Assembly (NCBI GenBank): GCA_964016885.1
Contig: OZ024740.1
Span: 388,926,001-388,990,000, forward strand
DNA from: Eledone cirrhosa
Taxonomy: Eukaryota
Reading direction: 5' to 3'
DNA: 64,000 bases
Positions 15,301 through 29,122 of the stretch are shown here, piece by piece (position 1 is the stretch's first letter; the number at the start of each line of letters is the position of its first letter). The notes under the pieces were generated by a model that was given only the letters and a program-made list of their open reading frames with translations, was not told the origin of the DNA and searched no databases. Made by a program: the position numbers and the translations under genes.

Positions 15301-15539
15301 CTATATTTCCAATAAAACGCACTGATTTTGTTTTGGCCTTTAAATACTTGAAGCTATTTTTTAAACATGATTCAAAAACACTTGCCAACGAAGCACCTGA
15401 GTTTCAGTTTCCCGTTCACAGATGTTATAAAATGCCTTTAAAATTATTCTGCCTGAATCTAATGTTTAAAAATATCGGAGTCTGTATTTACTTAAGTTTA
15501 AGAAAAAGAAGTAAATGAAAAAAAAAAATCTTTACTCAC

Positions 15540-15716
15540 TGTTTTCTTCAGAATTTTGTCCGGTGCATTTCGATAATGTTCACAGACGGCAAAAGCAGAT
15601 GTGTGACTGAAAATAACTGGAGCTTTTGTTATCTCGAGAACAACTTCCATCGTTCGAACTGCTACATGTGACAAATCTATCATCATTCCGATACGATTCA
15701 TTTCATGTATGATTTT
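15540..15716 (-). CDS. DPEP1-like: Dipeptidase exon [18 protein letters not shown]...[28 protein letters not shown]
   Basis: EMNRxG, DLSH, VIFSH and RNxPD motifs (metal-ligand His residues). atag| acceptor, |gtgagt donor, 177 nt, phase 0/0. Confidence 0.97.
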
Positions 15717-15893
15717 CTATATAAATGAGAATAACTAAAAATATTATACAAGAAGAAGACGAGGAAAAGAAGTAGAAAAAGAAGACGAAAGAAAAAGAAG
15801 AAAAAATAAGAAAAAGAAAAAAAAAGAAAGAGAAAAAGAAAAAGAAGAAAAAGAAGATTAAGAAGAGGAAAGAAAGAAGAAAGAAGAAACAAG

Positions 15894-15962
<69 letters not shown>

Positions 15963-16239
15963 GAAGAAGATCCATGCCATGCTAAGTTATGCTTTGTTCT
16001 CTCTATAGTTTCTGATAGTTCTTTACAGCCATATCAGCCTTTGCAGCATCCTCTCTCTTCTTCTGGAAGCAGTGTTTTTTAGTTACTGTGATATTATTGC
16101 ATTTAGGGTTTTATATATTATAGACAGGTATGTTATGGGTGTGTAGTTTTGGGGGTTTGCTGTGTCATTCTTCTTGGGGATCAGGGTGGTGTTCCCTTTA
16201 GTAAGTCAGTCAGAGTTTTTTTCTGGCTCTATTATTATT

Positions 16240-16692
16240 AATGGGATTGGTAGTATCATTAGAGCATCGGACAACATGCTTTGCGGCGTGAAGTCACGGC
16301 CCTTTACATTGTGAGTTCAAATCCCGCCAAGGTTAGCTTTGTCTTTCATCCTTACGGGGTCGATAAAATAAAGCACCACTAATGCACTGGAGTCGATTTA
16401 ATCGACTGTCCCCTCTACCAAAATTTCTGGCCTTGTGCCTATAGTAGACATTATTATTGTTACTATTATTATCTGGACTGGCAGTATGGGTAGAGCGTTG
16501 GACAACATGGTTACGGCATAGAGTTATGGCCCTTTACGTTCTGGGTTCAAATCTCGTCGAGGTTCGGTTTGTCATTCATTCTTACAGTATCGATAATATA
16601 AAGTGCCAGTAACGCACTGAGATTGATTTAATCGAATTTTCCATTCTCTTCAACTTGCTGGCCTTGTGCCACAAGTAGAAAAAAATTATTAT
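16240..16692 (+). mobile_element. Two tandem SINE family 1 copies
   Basis: Consensus match at 16240-16460 and 16470-16692. Confidence 0.8.
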
Positions 16693-17069
16693 TTGGCAGA
16701 ATCATTGGAAGGAGCTGGTAGTGGTAAGGAATGAAGCTAGAAATTTTGTTTTAATTTATTTATTTACGTTGTTTGCTTTTGGTTTTTCATATATAAATTG
16801 TTATTATTATATTAATAATATTTTTATTTTAAATTATTTTAAATTTGAAGAAACTATTTTCGCTATTCCTTCTGGCTCTTAACGCTTTCTGTTCAAATCC
16901 CACCGAGGTCATATTTGCCTTTCACCATTCCTTGTTTGATTAAATATAGTACTATTCTACTACTGGAATCTATTTAATCCACTCACAACTCCGAAACTAT
17001 CACTGACCTTTTGCCTAAATTATAAACTACAACTACTACTAGTAGTAGTAGCAGTAGTAGTTTATAATT

Positions 17070-17102
<33 letters not shown>

Positions 17103-17285
17103 AGCAAAACTTAGATTGTGTATGAGTGTATGATAGAATTTGAATGTTCAAATTACTGCATGGTGGTCTGTGGCCCAGAGCCTTGTGATTACGAAGCAAA
17201 CTCCTGAACCATGCGCCCATGTCTAAGCCCATAGAATATTTAAGCATGCTAAAAAAATCAGAAGAAGTCTAAAACGCTACAGTAC

Positions 17286-17352
17286 CTTTCCAAATTTTGT
17301 TAAACCGTCGTGTTCATTTGTTTTATTTATATCAACTCGCCAGTTGTCCGCC
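17286..17352 (-). CDS. DPEP1-like: Dipeptidase exon (W)ADNWRVDINKTNEHDGLTKFGK
   Basis: WADNW...GLTxFG motif. Polypyrimidine tract plus ag acceptor, AAG|gtact donor. 67 nt, completes the Trp codon from the previous exon. Confidence 0.94.
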
Positions 17353-18043
17353 CTATATAAAAAAAAAGAAAATAGAAATAAAACTGAAAATACATTTATT
17401 TGTGCCATTTGACATAATATTTGAACAATAGAAATCCTTAATAATGTTCAGCCATTCTTGTTTGATCTTGCGCTCTTCTGATAAAAGGCATATTTCTTAT
17501 GGCCTCTATTACTGGCAAAGCTTACTGCAAAAGAAACTACATTGAACTCTACAAGTCAATGGGTCACCTGTCACAATGCTGCCACTGGTTATAATATTGT
17601 TCCAAAAACAGTGATCACGTACCGAAATTCTACTATCAACTACTACTGTTGAAATTAATTTTGCTTAAACTTTTATCATTACTCAACTTCTGTTAGAATT
17701 AACATATTTAAAGCAGGAAATATTAAAAACTAACTAAAAATAATTATATGATGAAAAATTATTATTTTAGACTATGACAAACATATTTTTATTTTTTCAG
17801 CAAAGTGTGGGCGACAACTATATGCAAGTTTCCATGTTTTCCTCCTCACCGGTATTTTTGCTGAAGTAGTGAAATGAGGTGTAAATGTACAAGTCTGTAC
17901 TTGGGTTGCCAACAACAATAAAATTACTGATGAAATAAATAATTCTGAAATGCCATCTAAGCTTTATAAGAATTACAATACATAATACATTCTTATGTTT
18001 CCAGCTGCTTTTGTTTATAGAGTTAGATGTATGAAAGATATGT

Positions 18044-18170
18044 GAATCTCCTGATGATTTCTAAAGAATGAAACAGTTCTAGTCCTGTAGAATCTCATCT
18101 ATATTAAAATTGTTATGTATTGAGTACTTACTTACTGTCGTTACCTCCGATTCAACCCGGAATAACTTAC
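18044..18170 (+). mobile_element. Solo family D HHR pLTR fragment
   Basis: gaatctc-CTGATGA-tttctaaagaat-GAAA-cag..ctg-TA-gaatctc, nearly identical to 31406-31540. Confidence 0.8.
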
Positions 18171-18280
18171 CTATATATATATATATGGGTGCGGGTGTTT
18201 TTACTGTATCTTGAAACACCCTCATAATACTAAAAGTAGTCCCCTCCCAAATCATTAAAGTGTATGTACATATATATGTT

Positions 18281-18334
<54 letters not shown>

Positions 18335-18600
18335 GAGGTTATATTTAATTTGTTGGGATTCAACAAGCTTAAAAAATTTTATAACTGACATAAAGCACTC
18401 AACAGTTTAGTGTAGTAAATACACAATATATTAATAAATGGAAACTATATTTATAAAACCATATTTATTTTATTATATATATTTCAAGGGCAACCAAGGC
18501 AAATTATGGTGCGCTTTCATCAGATAAAATACAGATTTGTTTTATAAATAAATATTGACATACCCGGAAAAAAAGACAACCTTAACGGTTGGAGCTTCCT
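18335..18600 (-). mobile_element. Family C pLTR with HHR at 18468-18529
   Basis: Minus strand reads ttttat-CTGATGA-aagcgcacca..tggttgccctt-GAAA-tatata-TA-ataaaa. Homologous to 7140-7390. Confidence 0.8.
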
Positions 18601-20072
18601 GGATAGTGGAGATAATATTTTATTGAGGGTAATACAAAGTTATGAGTGAGTATGCAAATGAGTGTACGAAAAGTTGAAAAGATAACGGTTTATTTAAATT
18701 AAGATGATGTGTAAGAGAGAGAGAAAAAAGAAAAGGAAGGAGAAAGAGAGAAGAGGGAAGAAAGAACGATTATACATAGTGATAGTGAAGAACGTCAGAG
18801 TGAATGAAGAAATAAGTTTTAATAGAAAAATATACATAGCGTAAATATATCTAATTGAAAGAAGAAGTGAAAGAAGAAATAAGATTAACGTGGAAGAATA
18901 TTATTTAGAATGTAGGGTTCATGACGTTGTGATTATAATATTTATAATGATAGGTTGAAAAATTAGATTAAAATTAAAAATTCAAAATCAAAATTAAAGA
19001 TTAAAATTTGCCTTAATATTAAAGATTTAATCTAATATTAATATTAAAAATTAAAAATTAAAATTAAAACAGAAGTATTTATATTATATTAAGATGTATT
19101 AGTAATAATATATTGGTTTAGATGTGTATGTTATGGATTATAAATTATTTAAATAAATATATAGTATTTTACATTAGAGAAAATCTAGTATAGTTTATTT
19201 TATTAAAGTAAGTTTGGCAAAATTATATTTATTAATAGTTGTAAGTCAAAACTTAAACATCCAAATAATTCTAAATTTATGAAAATTTACGAAAGTTTGC
19301 AAAGGAATAACTACTTAATTATATTATAAAAACAGTAAGGGAGTATAAAGGAAGTTAGAAGTAATTTTTTAAGAACTCAAATGACTCCAAGGATACATAA
19401 AAAAAACTTTCAAAGAAAGTTGTTGTTTTTTTTATTTTTATTTTTTATGAGAAGTCATAAATGTTATAAAGTTAAAAAATGTTATCTTAAGAATATAATT
19501 AAAACATAAACCATATGTTATTTTATAAGAAGTCATAAATTTATCTTAAGAATATAATTAAAACATAAACCATAGGTTATTTTATAAGAAGTCATACTTG
19601 TTATAAAGTTTTAAAAAATTTATCTTAAGAACATATCTTAACATAAACATATTTTAACATAAACCATAGGTTATTCCACATATATATAAAAAAACCTATA
19701 TATAAAAATCATATGTTATTCCACATTAATATAAATATTTGGATACATATATTAAAAATGTTTGAAGATATAAAATATTGGAAGATATGAAAATAATGGT
19801 TTTTTCATATCTTTCAAAGGAACTTTCAAAGAATTTTTTAAACCTTCAGAAAGTTTTTCAAGGAAAATATTCCTTAAAAGAATTTCAAGTAGTCATATAA
19901 AAAAGGTTATAATCTATTGATAAGTGTAATAATATAAAGTATATTTATGAGGCAGAGATAATAGAAAGTAAATTAAATATATATGAATCATATATAGATA
20001 TAATCTGAAGGATGAGGTTGTAGGTGGTTGGATATAGAAAACATTATGTAAAGGAGATTAACCATATATTAC

Positions 20073-20159
<87 letters not shown>

Positions 20160-20280
20160 CCATATATTTATTGCTATTTCAGAGCTCCAATTCTAATTTT
20201 TAATTTCTGCCTGACCAACAACCGCTCTGCATAATCAGCTCCTGATTATTTACTAGATTTCTATAAGAATATAACATCAG

Positions 20281-20375
20281 TGATCTCGGTAGACAGGAGG
20301 GGTAGTTAGCCTTGATAAGCTTCAACCAAAGCGAAACAAGACTTGTCGGCTTATCTCCCCTGTTTGCTGAGATCA
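20281..20375 (+). ncRNA. Type I HHR with U3-A8 core and long helix I (family A, unit 1)
   Basis: agcc-TTGATAA-gct tcaaccaa agc-GAAA-caag a cttg-TC-ggct. Distal tgatctcggtagacagg pairs with cctgtttgctgagatca via G-U. GUC site after 20347. Confidence 0.85.
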
Positions 20376-20596
20376 AAGTAAGTGAATTTGTCACTACTTT
20401 AAAACAATAGCTTACGGTCTTCAAAATGCTTTTAATTAAGCATAAAGTGTATTGCAAAATACATTATATATACATCCATATATATATTGCTATTTCAGAG
20501 CTCCAATTCTAATTTTTAATTTCTGCCTGACCAACAACCGCTCTGCATAATCAGCTCTTGATTATTTACTAGATTTCTATAAGAATATAACATCAG

Positions 20597-20691
20597 TGAT
20601 CTCGGTAGACAGGAGGGGTAGTTAGCCTTGATAAGCTTCAACCAAGGCGAAACAAGACTTGTCGGTTTATCTCCCCTGTTTGCTGAGATCA
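20597..20691 (+). ncRNA. Type I HHR (family A, unit 2)
   Basis: Same fold as unit 1. The two changes (agc to ggc, ggct to ggtt) both give G-U pairs. Site after 20663. Confidence 0.85.
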
Positions 20692-20836
20692 AAGTAAGTG
20701 AATTTGTCACTACTTTAAAACAATAGCTTACGGTCTTCAAAATGCTCTTAATTAAGCATAAAGTGTATTGCAAAATACATTATATATACATCCATATATA
20801 TATTGCTATTTCAGAGCTCCAATTCTAATATATATA

Positions 20837-21525
20837 TCATCATCATCATCATCATCAACGTTTAACGTCCGTGTTCCACGCTTGCATGGGTTTGGACGGG
20901 GGTTTTCCCACTTGAGGCAAGAGTGATTGTCTTGCTCGCATAGGACTGTCTGGCAGGTTTTCTACAGTTGGATGCCCTTCCTAACACCAACCACATTTAC
21001 AGTGTGGGGCTGGGAGGTTTTTACCGTGTTGCCTACACGGCCACATTACAGCGTGGACTGTGTTTTTTTGTCGTGACACCTACACGATCTTATTTGTTTC
21101 GGCCTGGATGGTGTGACACCAACATAACTTTACATAGAAGGGGGCGGTGTGGATGAGGTGGAGGGGGGGTGTATTTTGTTAGAGATACCTACTGACTGTA
21201 GTAGGTTTTACTATGTATTTCGGTAAGGCGGGTCTTCTCTATTACTGAGTACCGCCAAAGGTCTCGGTCCAGTGACATTGTCTTGGAGAGGTGTGTGTGA
21301 GGTCGGAGTTTATCAGCTCGTCCCAGGTTTTTCTGGGTCTGCCTATTCCGTGGCTACCGTCTATCTTTATTGCCCTGCACTTTGTTATACAGCTATCGTC
21401 TTTCATGCGCATCACGTGTCCATACCAACGTAGCCTTCTCTCGAGTAAACAACATCTGATCCCTCTTATTTCTAATTTTTTCCTTAGTTCGTTTATGCTT
21501 TGCCGTTCACGTATATTACTATTAC
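20837..21525 (-). mobile_element. 3' fragment of an RTE-clade LINE with (GAT)n tail
   Basis: RRLRWYGHVMRM...GRPRKTW C-terminal motif and a microsatellite tail at 20837-20856. Confidence 0.88.
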
Positions 21526-21544
21526 ACATCCAATATATATATAT

Positions 21545-22800
21545 ATATAAAAGTTGAGTTTAAACCATGTTTACAAGAACTAAATAAATTATTTCGCAAA
21601 TTAATAGAATTCTTACTTTTTAGTATAAAGAATATTTCTTCAACGCAAAGGGACCAATTTTGGGATAGAGCCGTGTATGAAGGAGCTTTGGAGATAATTT
21701 CCCAAGATAAAGAATGGTTAATATTCTTAGATTTTATGTTCCATAATAAGTTGGATAGAGAAGTTGAAGATTTTTTACCAATATTCGTAAAGGAACATTT
21801 ATGGTTATTGAAACGAGATTTGAAGACTGTGGAAGTAGAGCCGACATAGTTAAAGGAATTTTCATTGGTTATGACATTACAATTGTACACTATATTTTTA
21901 ACTAAACAGTTATTATTTAGAGGATAGTTAGATTTATTTCTACAATTACATTTATCTGAATTTATATTATTGGGAGCCGTAACATTATATTGGATATTGC
22001 TAGAGGCATTAATGCTATTCTGTTTAGGTTTTAAGTTTCTATTATTAATTGTATTAATATTCTGCGCTAAATTCATATTGGTGAAATATGAGAGTTTAAT
22101 AGTATGTCTATTAAAGATTGAGTAATATATGTGTGTCTTAGGAAAGTACTTATTTAGAGCTTTAAAAAATAATTTATCTATTGGAGTTTTAATACTTAAT
22201 GAGAAAGGAGGAGCGAACCATAATATATTTCTAGTTCTATTTCTTCTTTTGATTTTCGAGTTAGTGCAAGGTTTCCTATTATAATTATATTTATAGTTAT
22301 GGTTAATTGGCACATCCTTATTATCAATGTATTTAATTTCATTACTATAGCCTGCTCTACTTAACGCTTCGTTATAATATTGCGCCTTATCTTCAAATAT
22401 ATTTTTATACGCTGAAATTCTAGAAATACGTTGTTGCACAGAATTTATAAACATAACAATAAATTTATTCAATTGGATATTGCTAATTATTACTCATCTA
22501 TCACTCCTAATTTACTTAATAAAGCCCTTACATATGCATTTGGTATTCCAAATTTGATTTTGTTTACAGTATTCTTTCTGCATTCGTGAATACTATAGCT
22601 TTAAAGAATTAGCTTTTAATGAACTCCTTTTTCTTTAAATCCTTCAACCAATGACCTCCACCCATGCAAATCCCCACCCTCTCCTACCACTAGAAAAGAA
22701 AATATATAAATACCACTACTTACTTGGACAGCCAGCTCCCTGATGATTTCTCACGAATGAAACAGTTCTATTCCTGTAGAAGCTCTTCTATATTAAAACT
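21545..22800 (-). mobile_element. Penelope-like 3' ORF fragment (thumb, linker, GIY-YIG) with oppositely oriented HHR pLTR (HHR on plus at 22734-22784)
   Basis: RNILWFAPPFS..IFNRHTIKLSY..CNCRNK..CLVKNIVYNC..YVGST..FKSRFNNHK. Confidence 0.88.
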
Positions 22801-22828
22801 ATATATATATATATATATATACATGTGG

Positions 22829-22894
<66 letters not shown>

Positions 22895-22929
22895 CTACAC
22901 TCATATCTGTTATTTTGATAAGGGGCGGC

Positions 22930-25600
22930 CCTTTTGAGCACACTACTGGAATTTCAGAATGAATACTGGACCAGAAATACATATAGTAATCTATTCGACA
23001 TTACTATGGGCTCTAGTGATTCTGCCCAAATTACCGATCTTGTGGGCCTCGTCTTCTATTTAACATAAATGCTTCTTTTCCCCACCTTAAAGGTAGCCTA
23101 TCAGAAATTGAAAAAAATAAAAAAACTTATTAGAACTTTCCTCAAAGACTATTATAGTCTCACTATTACATTTGAAAACACCAGTAAAGTAGTTAATTTC
23201 CTTGATATAAACTTTAGACTTATCTACGAGTATCTACCAACCTTACCATAAACCTAACCAAAATTGACATTACATACACTCACAATCCAATCACCCTAGA
23301 TCTATCCTTAAAAACCTAGCATATAATATCTCACTCAGAATTTCTAACCTTTCATCTAACCAGGATGTATTCGATAAAAATGCGACCTTTTATAACGAAG
23401 CTTTAGCTAGAAGCGGCCACAAAAACAAATTAGTCTATATACCTTGTACCAATAATACTACAAACATACAACCCAATATTACTAACAAATACCAAATGAA
23501 AAATACACACCTAAATGCCACTCACACTATACCCCAAAATACCAACTTAAAACTTAATTTCTCTACCTCTTCTCACATACAATATAATAACTTTCAAAAA
23601 ACCATTCATCCTAATACTCCAATATATGTTAATAACATTACTAACAAAATTTCTAATAATCAGACTAAAACACCTAAATCAGTGAATCTAACTAAACATA
23701 TGTATAATAAATTCACTAATACTAACTCTCTTAGTAAACATCAGGATACATCGTATAAAAATAAAAAAAACACCATCGAAACCGTAATAGACGAGTTACT
23801 TGGTATAATGCTCCATTTAATCTACAAATTAAAGATAATATCCCTAAAAAATGTGTTTACTATGCTAGAGAAAAACTTCCCGCCAAACCATAAATACCAT
23901 CAAATTTTAAATAGATCAACGGTCAAATTTTCCTACTCCACTACCAAAAATATACAACAAAATATAAATGCCTACAATGCATATAAATGTAAAACAAAAA
24001 CTATGAATATACCACCAACACATCAAACTAACCATAATACTAAAATAAACCGCAGCAAACCACCATCTCCTTCACATACAACAAGTCGAGTGAATTCCAC
24101 ACCTAATTTGACTAACTCCACTGATATAATATTCACGAATGGTTGTAACTGTAGAAACAAAGCAAATTGCCCATTAAAAGGAAATTGCCTTATTAATTAC
24201 ATAGTATATAAATGTAAAATTAGCACTAAGGACTCAACTTATTCATATATAGGAGCTACTTCTAACCAATTTAAAGAAAGATTTAATACCCACAAACACG
24301 GTTTTAAAAATGCCGCATTAACAAATACAACGTCCTTGGCTGAAATAATTAATAATTATAGAAAAAAGAATATCGATTATAACCTGACCTAGAGTGTGCT
24401 CAAAAGGGCCACCCCTTATCAAAATAACAGATATGAGTGTAGATTATGTTCCCAGGAACTTTTTGAAATAATGAAATCTAAGGATATCTATTTAAATAAG
24501 CGACAAGAATTAATTATATCGTGCAATCATAGAATTAGAAGAACTTTCAAATATTATAAACCTAATTAATATACACCTTACACTTATATTTTACAAATTA
24601 TTATAATTAGTTTTTTTTATTTAGTTAACGTATAATTAGTATTTTACTACTGAGAACTTCATAATTTTATTTCCCTTTTACAGCTCTCTTTTCCTAAAAT
24701 TAATATCTATAAGTATACATATAAACTATCTTAATTTCCTGTTATGAATCTAAATTCCTTGTAGTCTATATAAGTTTGTTATTTCTCACTAATACATTTA
24801 TCCCCCAAAATATTTTTTCCTTCGTTTTTAACAACATTCTTTAATAACATCTAACTCTTATTTATCACATCTATATGAATTAATATAAATTTATCCCTAT
24901 AAGTATACCTATCAATTAAATTAATTTAATTTCTTTTTATAGATCTAAATTCCTTATGTTTTAAATAAGATTGGTATTTCTCACTAACACATTTATCCTA
25001 AAATGTTATCCTCCTTCGATTTTAACATTAGAATTATTCTTTAATAACATCAAATTTTCGTGTACCTTTCACCGGCTTGACCTCTTTTCATCCCCAAAGT
25101 AATCTTTTCATTCAAAGTATTCTTTCCATTCAAAACTGAAGTCTGCATTCCTCTACCCCTAAATTAAATTTCTACTACTACTATTCTATCAACTTGACCA
25201 CTTACTACTTTTCTATTGGTCAATTCAAAACCTGTTCCCAAACAGACCTATTATATTAAATTTTTGTTGTTTTTGTTTCAATAAACAAATAGCATTATTT
25301 CTGAAGACAGCATATATATGTGTAGGTATGTATATTCCCTCTGAGAGTTTGTAAAATTTTTATATAGATCTATATGATATACATACCAACACACACATAT
25401 ATATCCTAGAAACGATCGTAAAATTATGAATTTATTAATATAAGGAACTGTTTCTTTGTTTTTATTCATTGTTTTTATTAATTTATCTTGACTCTGTTTT
25501 CATGTAATTTTCATCGAAAAAAATTTTGAATACATCTCTTTTCATGATATTTGGATTACATTGAGTTCTTCATACGGATTGGACACTACCGTATATTTTG
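22930..25600 (+). mobile_element. Decayed Penelope-like element (RT C-part plus GIY-YIG) with long 3' region and HHR
   Basis: FDITMGSSDSAQITDLVG, VNFLDI, SNHPRSILKNL, CNCRNKANCPLKGNCL..IVYKC..YIGAT. HHR at 25294-25427. Confidence 0.88.
25294..25427 (+). ncRNA. Type I HHR with ~100-nt helix II
   Basis: attattt-CTGAAGA-[atatatatgtgt/acacatatatat and ggtatgtatat/atatacatacc]-GAAA-cgatcg-TA-aaattat. Confidence 0.72.
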
Positions 25601-25628
25601 GTAGATTTATCTACATATATATATATGA

Positions 25629-25725
<97 letters not shown>

Positions 25726-25760
25726 TTATATATATATATGAAGCATATATATATATATGA

Positions 25761-25833
<73 letters not shown>

Positions 25834-25838
25834 GAGGC

Positions 25839-25871
<33 letters not shown>

Positions 25872-26088
25872 AAGGCATATATATATATACATATATATAC
25901 ATATATATGACGCATATATATATATATATATATATATAGACATGGGGCATATATATATATATATATATATATACATGAGGCATATATATATATATATACA
26001 TGAGGCATATATATATATATAAATATACATGCATCATATATATATACATATACATGAGGCATATATATATATATATATATATACATGA

Positions 26089-26169
<81 letters not shown>

Positions 26170-26417
26170 GAGGCATATATATATATATATATATATACAT
26201 GAGGCATATATCAGAATTAGCTGAATGAGTTTATATATGAAAAAAGTGCCCCAAAACGGAGAGGAATGAAGCGAAATGGGGAGATTTTACATAATGAAAG
26301 CTATACCCATTTTGACAAGAGAAGACATCTCTCACCCCCCTCAAAGTGGGTGAGAGATCTCTCCGTCTGACGGGGAGAACTGACAGGTCTGACGTAGCCA
26401 CATTTTCCCCATGTCTT

Positions 26418-26611
26418 AATAATTGTTTGTACTTTTGGCACAAGGCCAGCAATTGTCTCAGTGTATTACTGGTACTTTATTTTATCGACCCCGTAAGGAT
26501 GAAAGGCAAAGTTAACCTCGACGGGATTTGAACTCAGACCGTAAAGAGCCGTAACTCTATGCTACAAAGCATGGTGTCCGACTCACTACTGATACTGCCA
26601 ATCCACCGCCC
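26418..26611 (-). mobile_element. SINE family 1, full length
   Basis: Consensus match with a short cttaat duplication. Confidence 0.88.
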
Positions 26612-27122
26612 TTAATTATGGAAACCAATACTGTACATTGAAGGACATCATCCCTTACAGAAAATGAAAAAGACCGTGAACCATGATTGGAATACTAATG
26701 AGGTACTGATGTTCAAATCCAAACCGAATATTCCATATAAATTCCAGCACCTTTACAATGTCGTACTTAAAAGGTACATTTTATGTGATCAATTGGCTAC
26801 TTCCATGCCGCGCGTTTGTTCAATCAGAATTGCCTGTGTATTTTTAATAATGGTTTCTAATTTAGACATAAGGCTATCAATTTACTTTGTTTTCGGTTTT
26901 TTCGGGGCAGGGGGAGGGTCGATTCCGTCGATCCTAGTAATGAACTGATACTTGATTGTATCGATCCCCATGTGCCCTCATAGTCTCTTATGCGCTTGGA
27001 ATCTATTAAAATTATTCTCCACCCATGATCTGTACTGTAATATATTACTCCCAGTTCTGTCTCTTCTTTTTGCGCTGACAACAAATCATTAATCGTGCCC
27101 GTTTCTTTAGTTAAATACTCAC

Positions 27123-27273
27123 CATGGTGTGTTACAACTGTGTGTTACTGTCATATAGCGTACTCCCAGCTCGTAAAACATTCTTAGAACTCCTAAGCTG
27201 CTATCGATTGAATGTCCACCTTCCAAACCAATTAAACTTGCAATTTTCTTCTGTTTAAATGCGTCTTCAATCC
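27123..27273 (-). CDS. DPEP1-like: Dipeptidase exon (G)[49 protein letters not shown](W)
   Basis: Near-identical to the M19 signature [10 protein letters not shown]...THSCNTPW. ttttag| acceptor, TG|gtgagt donor, 151 nt. Confidence 0.97.
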
Positions 27274-28290
27274 CTAAAATTAGATAATTAATCAAATGGG
27301 TGATAATTAGTTATTGATTATTTGTATACTTATGATATAATGCGATTAAAATACATGTATCTCTAATATTCAATTATTTTCTAAAATGCTTATCATGGAT
27401 AAAATATCTTTGAACATAAGTTTGCTCGGTAAGCGCTGCTTAGAGCTAGACGAAAACAACTCGATATGGTTTGTCTTGGATTAAACAAACTAAATCTCAA
27501 TAGTATTTGAACTTCACATTTAATGAATCTAAATACGCCAATATTTTTACTTTATCGTTCTATTGTCTCTTCCATCGCTGCTTCCCTTCGAGCTATCACA
27601 TTATTAACTGGGATAATGTGCAAATAATATAAACTCTGAAGTAGACACTGGTTGAGTTAAGCTAGAGATGCGTTTTTACAATCGGTTGAAAGAATTTCAC
27701 TTGATTCATGTTGCTGACACTAATTACAAAGCATGGACGTCACAAATTTTCATTTCACCTTTCCTAAAAATGTTGTGTTTTGAAGCCAAAAGGAAAGCCT
27801 CTACACAGTCACTCAGTTTATTTAAAATAGCAATCCTCCTTCAAATTACAGCCTACAACCTTTTAAAAAAAGCACATCGGAAAATTATCATGAACATCAT
27901 CTGTGTATTTATCATGAACACAATATTTTAAAAGTTGAAAGGATAATCATGGCTGTAACACATTCTATCATAGGGTGCTCAGAGAGATCTTACTTGAGGC
28001 GAATCATAACAACATCATTGAATTATTTCGTTCTTTATTAAAAAGAAACTATTATTGACGTTCATCTTATCTCGTCTAGTTATTTCACACTTCCACATAT
28101 TTCATCTTAATCAGCAGATTTCTAGCTATGGTAGCATGCCGAATTAATTTAAATAAGTAAACCCTCATTACTCCAGTTTGGATCTTACTGACGTTAATTT
28201 TATATATAAAAAACAATTCTTTCCATCCTCTTACTGAGACACTTGCCAATTGTTCTAGACAAATATTAATGTTATGTAGTTCTTCTATAT

Positions 28291-28617
28291 CAGAGGTTCT
28301 CAAAGATTCTGGGCCACTGCCCACGTCACGCCCAAGCGACCCCAACACTATTTCCAGAGAGACCCGCCTACACGCAAATTGTAAATAATTTATAATAAAT
28401 AAAATCGTTAATTTATATATAACAGATAATATAATATATACTATGTATAAATAAATGTATATTTCTTATTTCACTACATTTATATATAATATGTATCATT
28501 TAATATTTAATATACTATTATATCAACTCTACCTCCCTCACTAACCCCTTAACACCACCGCCCCCTGGAATCTCTCAACGCTCTTCGGGGCGGTAGCGCT
28601 CACTTTGAGAAACTCTG
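28291..28617. mobile_element. hAT (Charlie-like) MITE
   Basis: TIRs cagaggttctcaaa and tttgagaaactctg. 8-bp TSD ttctatat at 28283-28290 and 28618-28625. Confidence 0.88.
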
Positions 28618-29122
28618 TTCTATATTATCGATATAGAAATATAATTATTATATTAGGAATTCCTAATGATAAACGAAATATTATATATGCAAGCTCTTCA
28701 ATGAAATTCTTTTATATATTTTATATTTTAAAACTTAAAAACTATGTAGCCATTAAGCTGGTCACTTAAATGTAGAACCATGGAGAAACTATCAAGGCTT
28801 TGTGATTTTTTTTACCGAAATAAGGAAATAAGTCATCATTTCAAATTTTATTTAATTCTATAATTTGTAAATATATGTATGAATATTAACTTCTTTTGAA
28901 TAGTTAAAGTCGTTTTTTGTTGGAAAAGAGATATTCAACAGAATTGTCTGCAGCATATTACTACCAATAATTTATTGACCTCGAGGGAATGACAAAGATC
29001 GCTACAATTAGATTTAAACTCAAAATTAGAATACAACTTATCGTTGCTACTTCATTTTTCGGTGTTCATACGAATATCCTTTTTGTTTTCAAACGGCTAA
29101 TGTTTTTTTTTTTTTTACTAAC

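Larger units (their letters stand above)
20156..20828 (+). mobile_element. Tandem 316-bp HHR repeat (family A, non-LTR retrozyme-like), about 2.1 units
   Basis: Exact 316-bp period (ORF track 20200 vs 20516), one HHR per unit, no credible coding capacity, follows (TA)n. Confidence 0.88.

Noticed and set aside
15703-15975. Poly-Val/Phe ORF adjoining the exon
   Set aside because: (CAA)n and (GAA)-rich simple repeats upstream of the true acceptor at 15717-15718.
18600-20070. Possible further Penelope body (IYEAEI..SYI near 19940-20000)
   Set aside because: Too decayed and AT-rich to call. Left unannotated.
20200-20773. Duplicated 85-aa minus-strand ORFs
   Set aside because: They lie antisense to the HHR repeat and have no protein motif. 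Substitutions fit RNA pairing on the plus strand.
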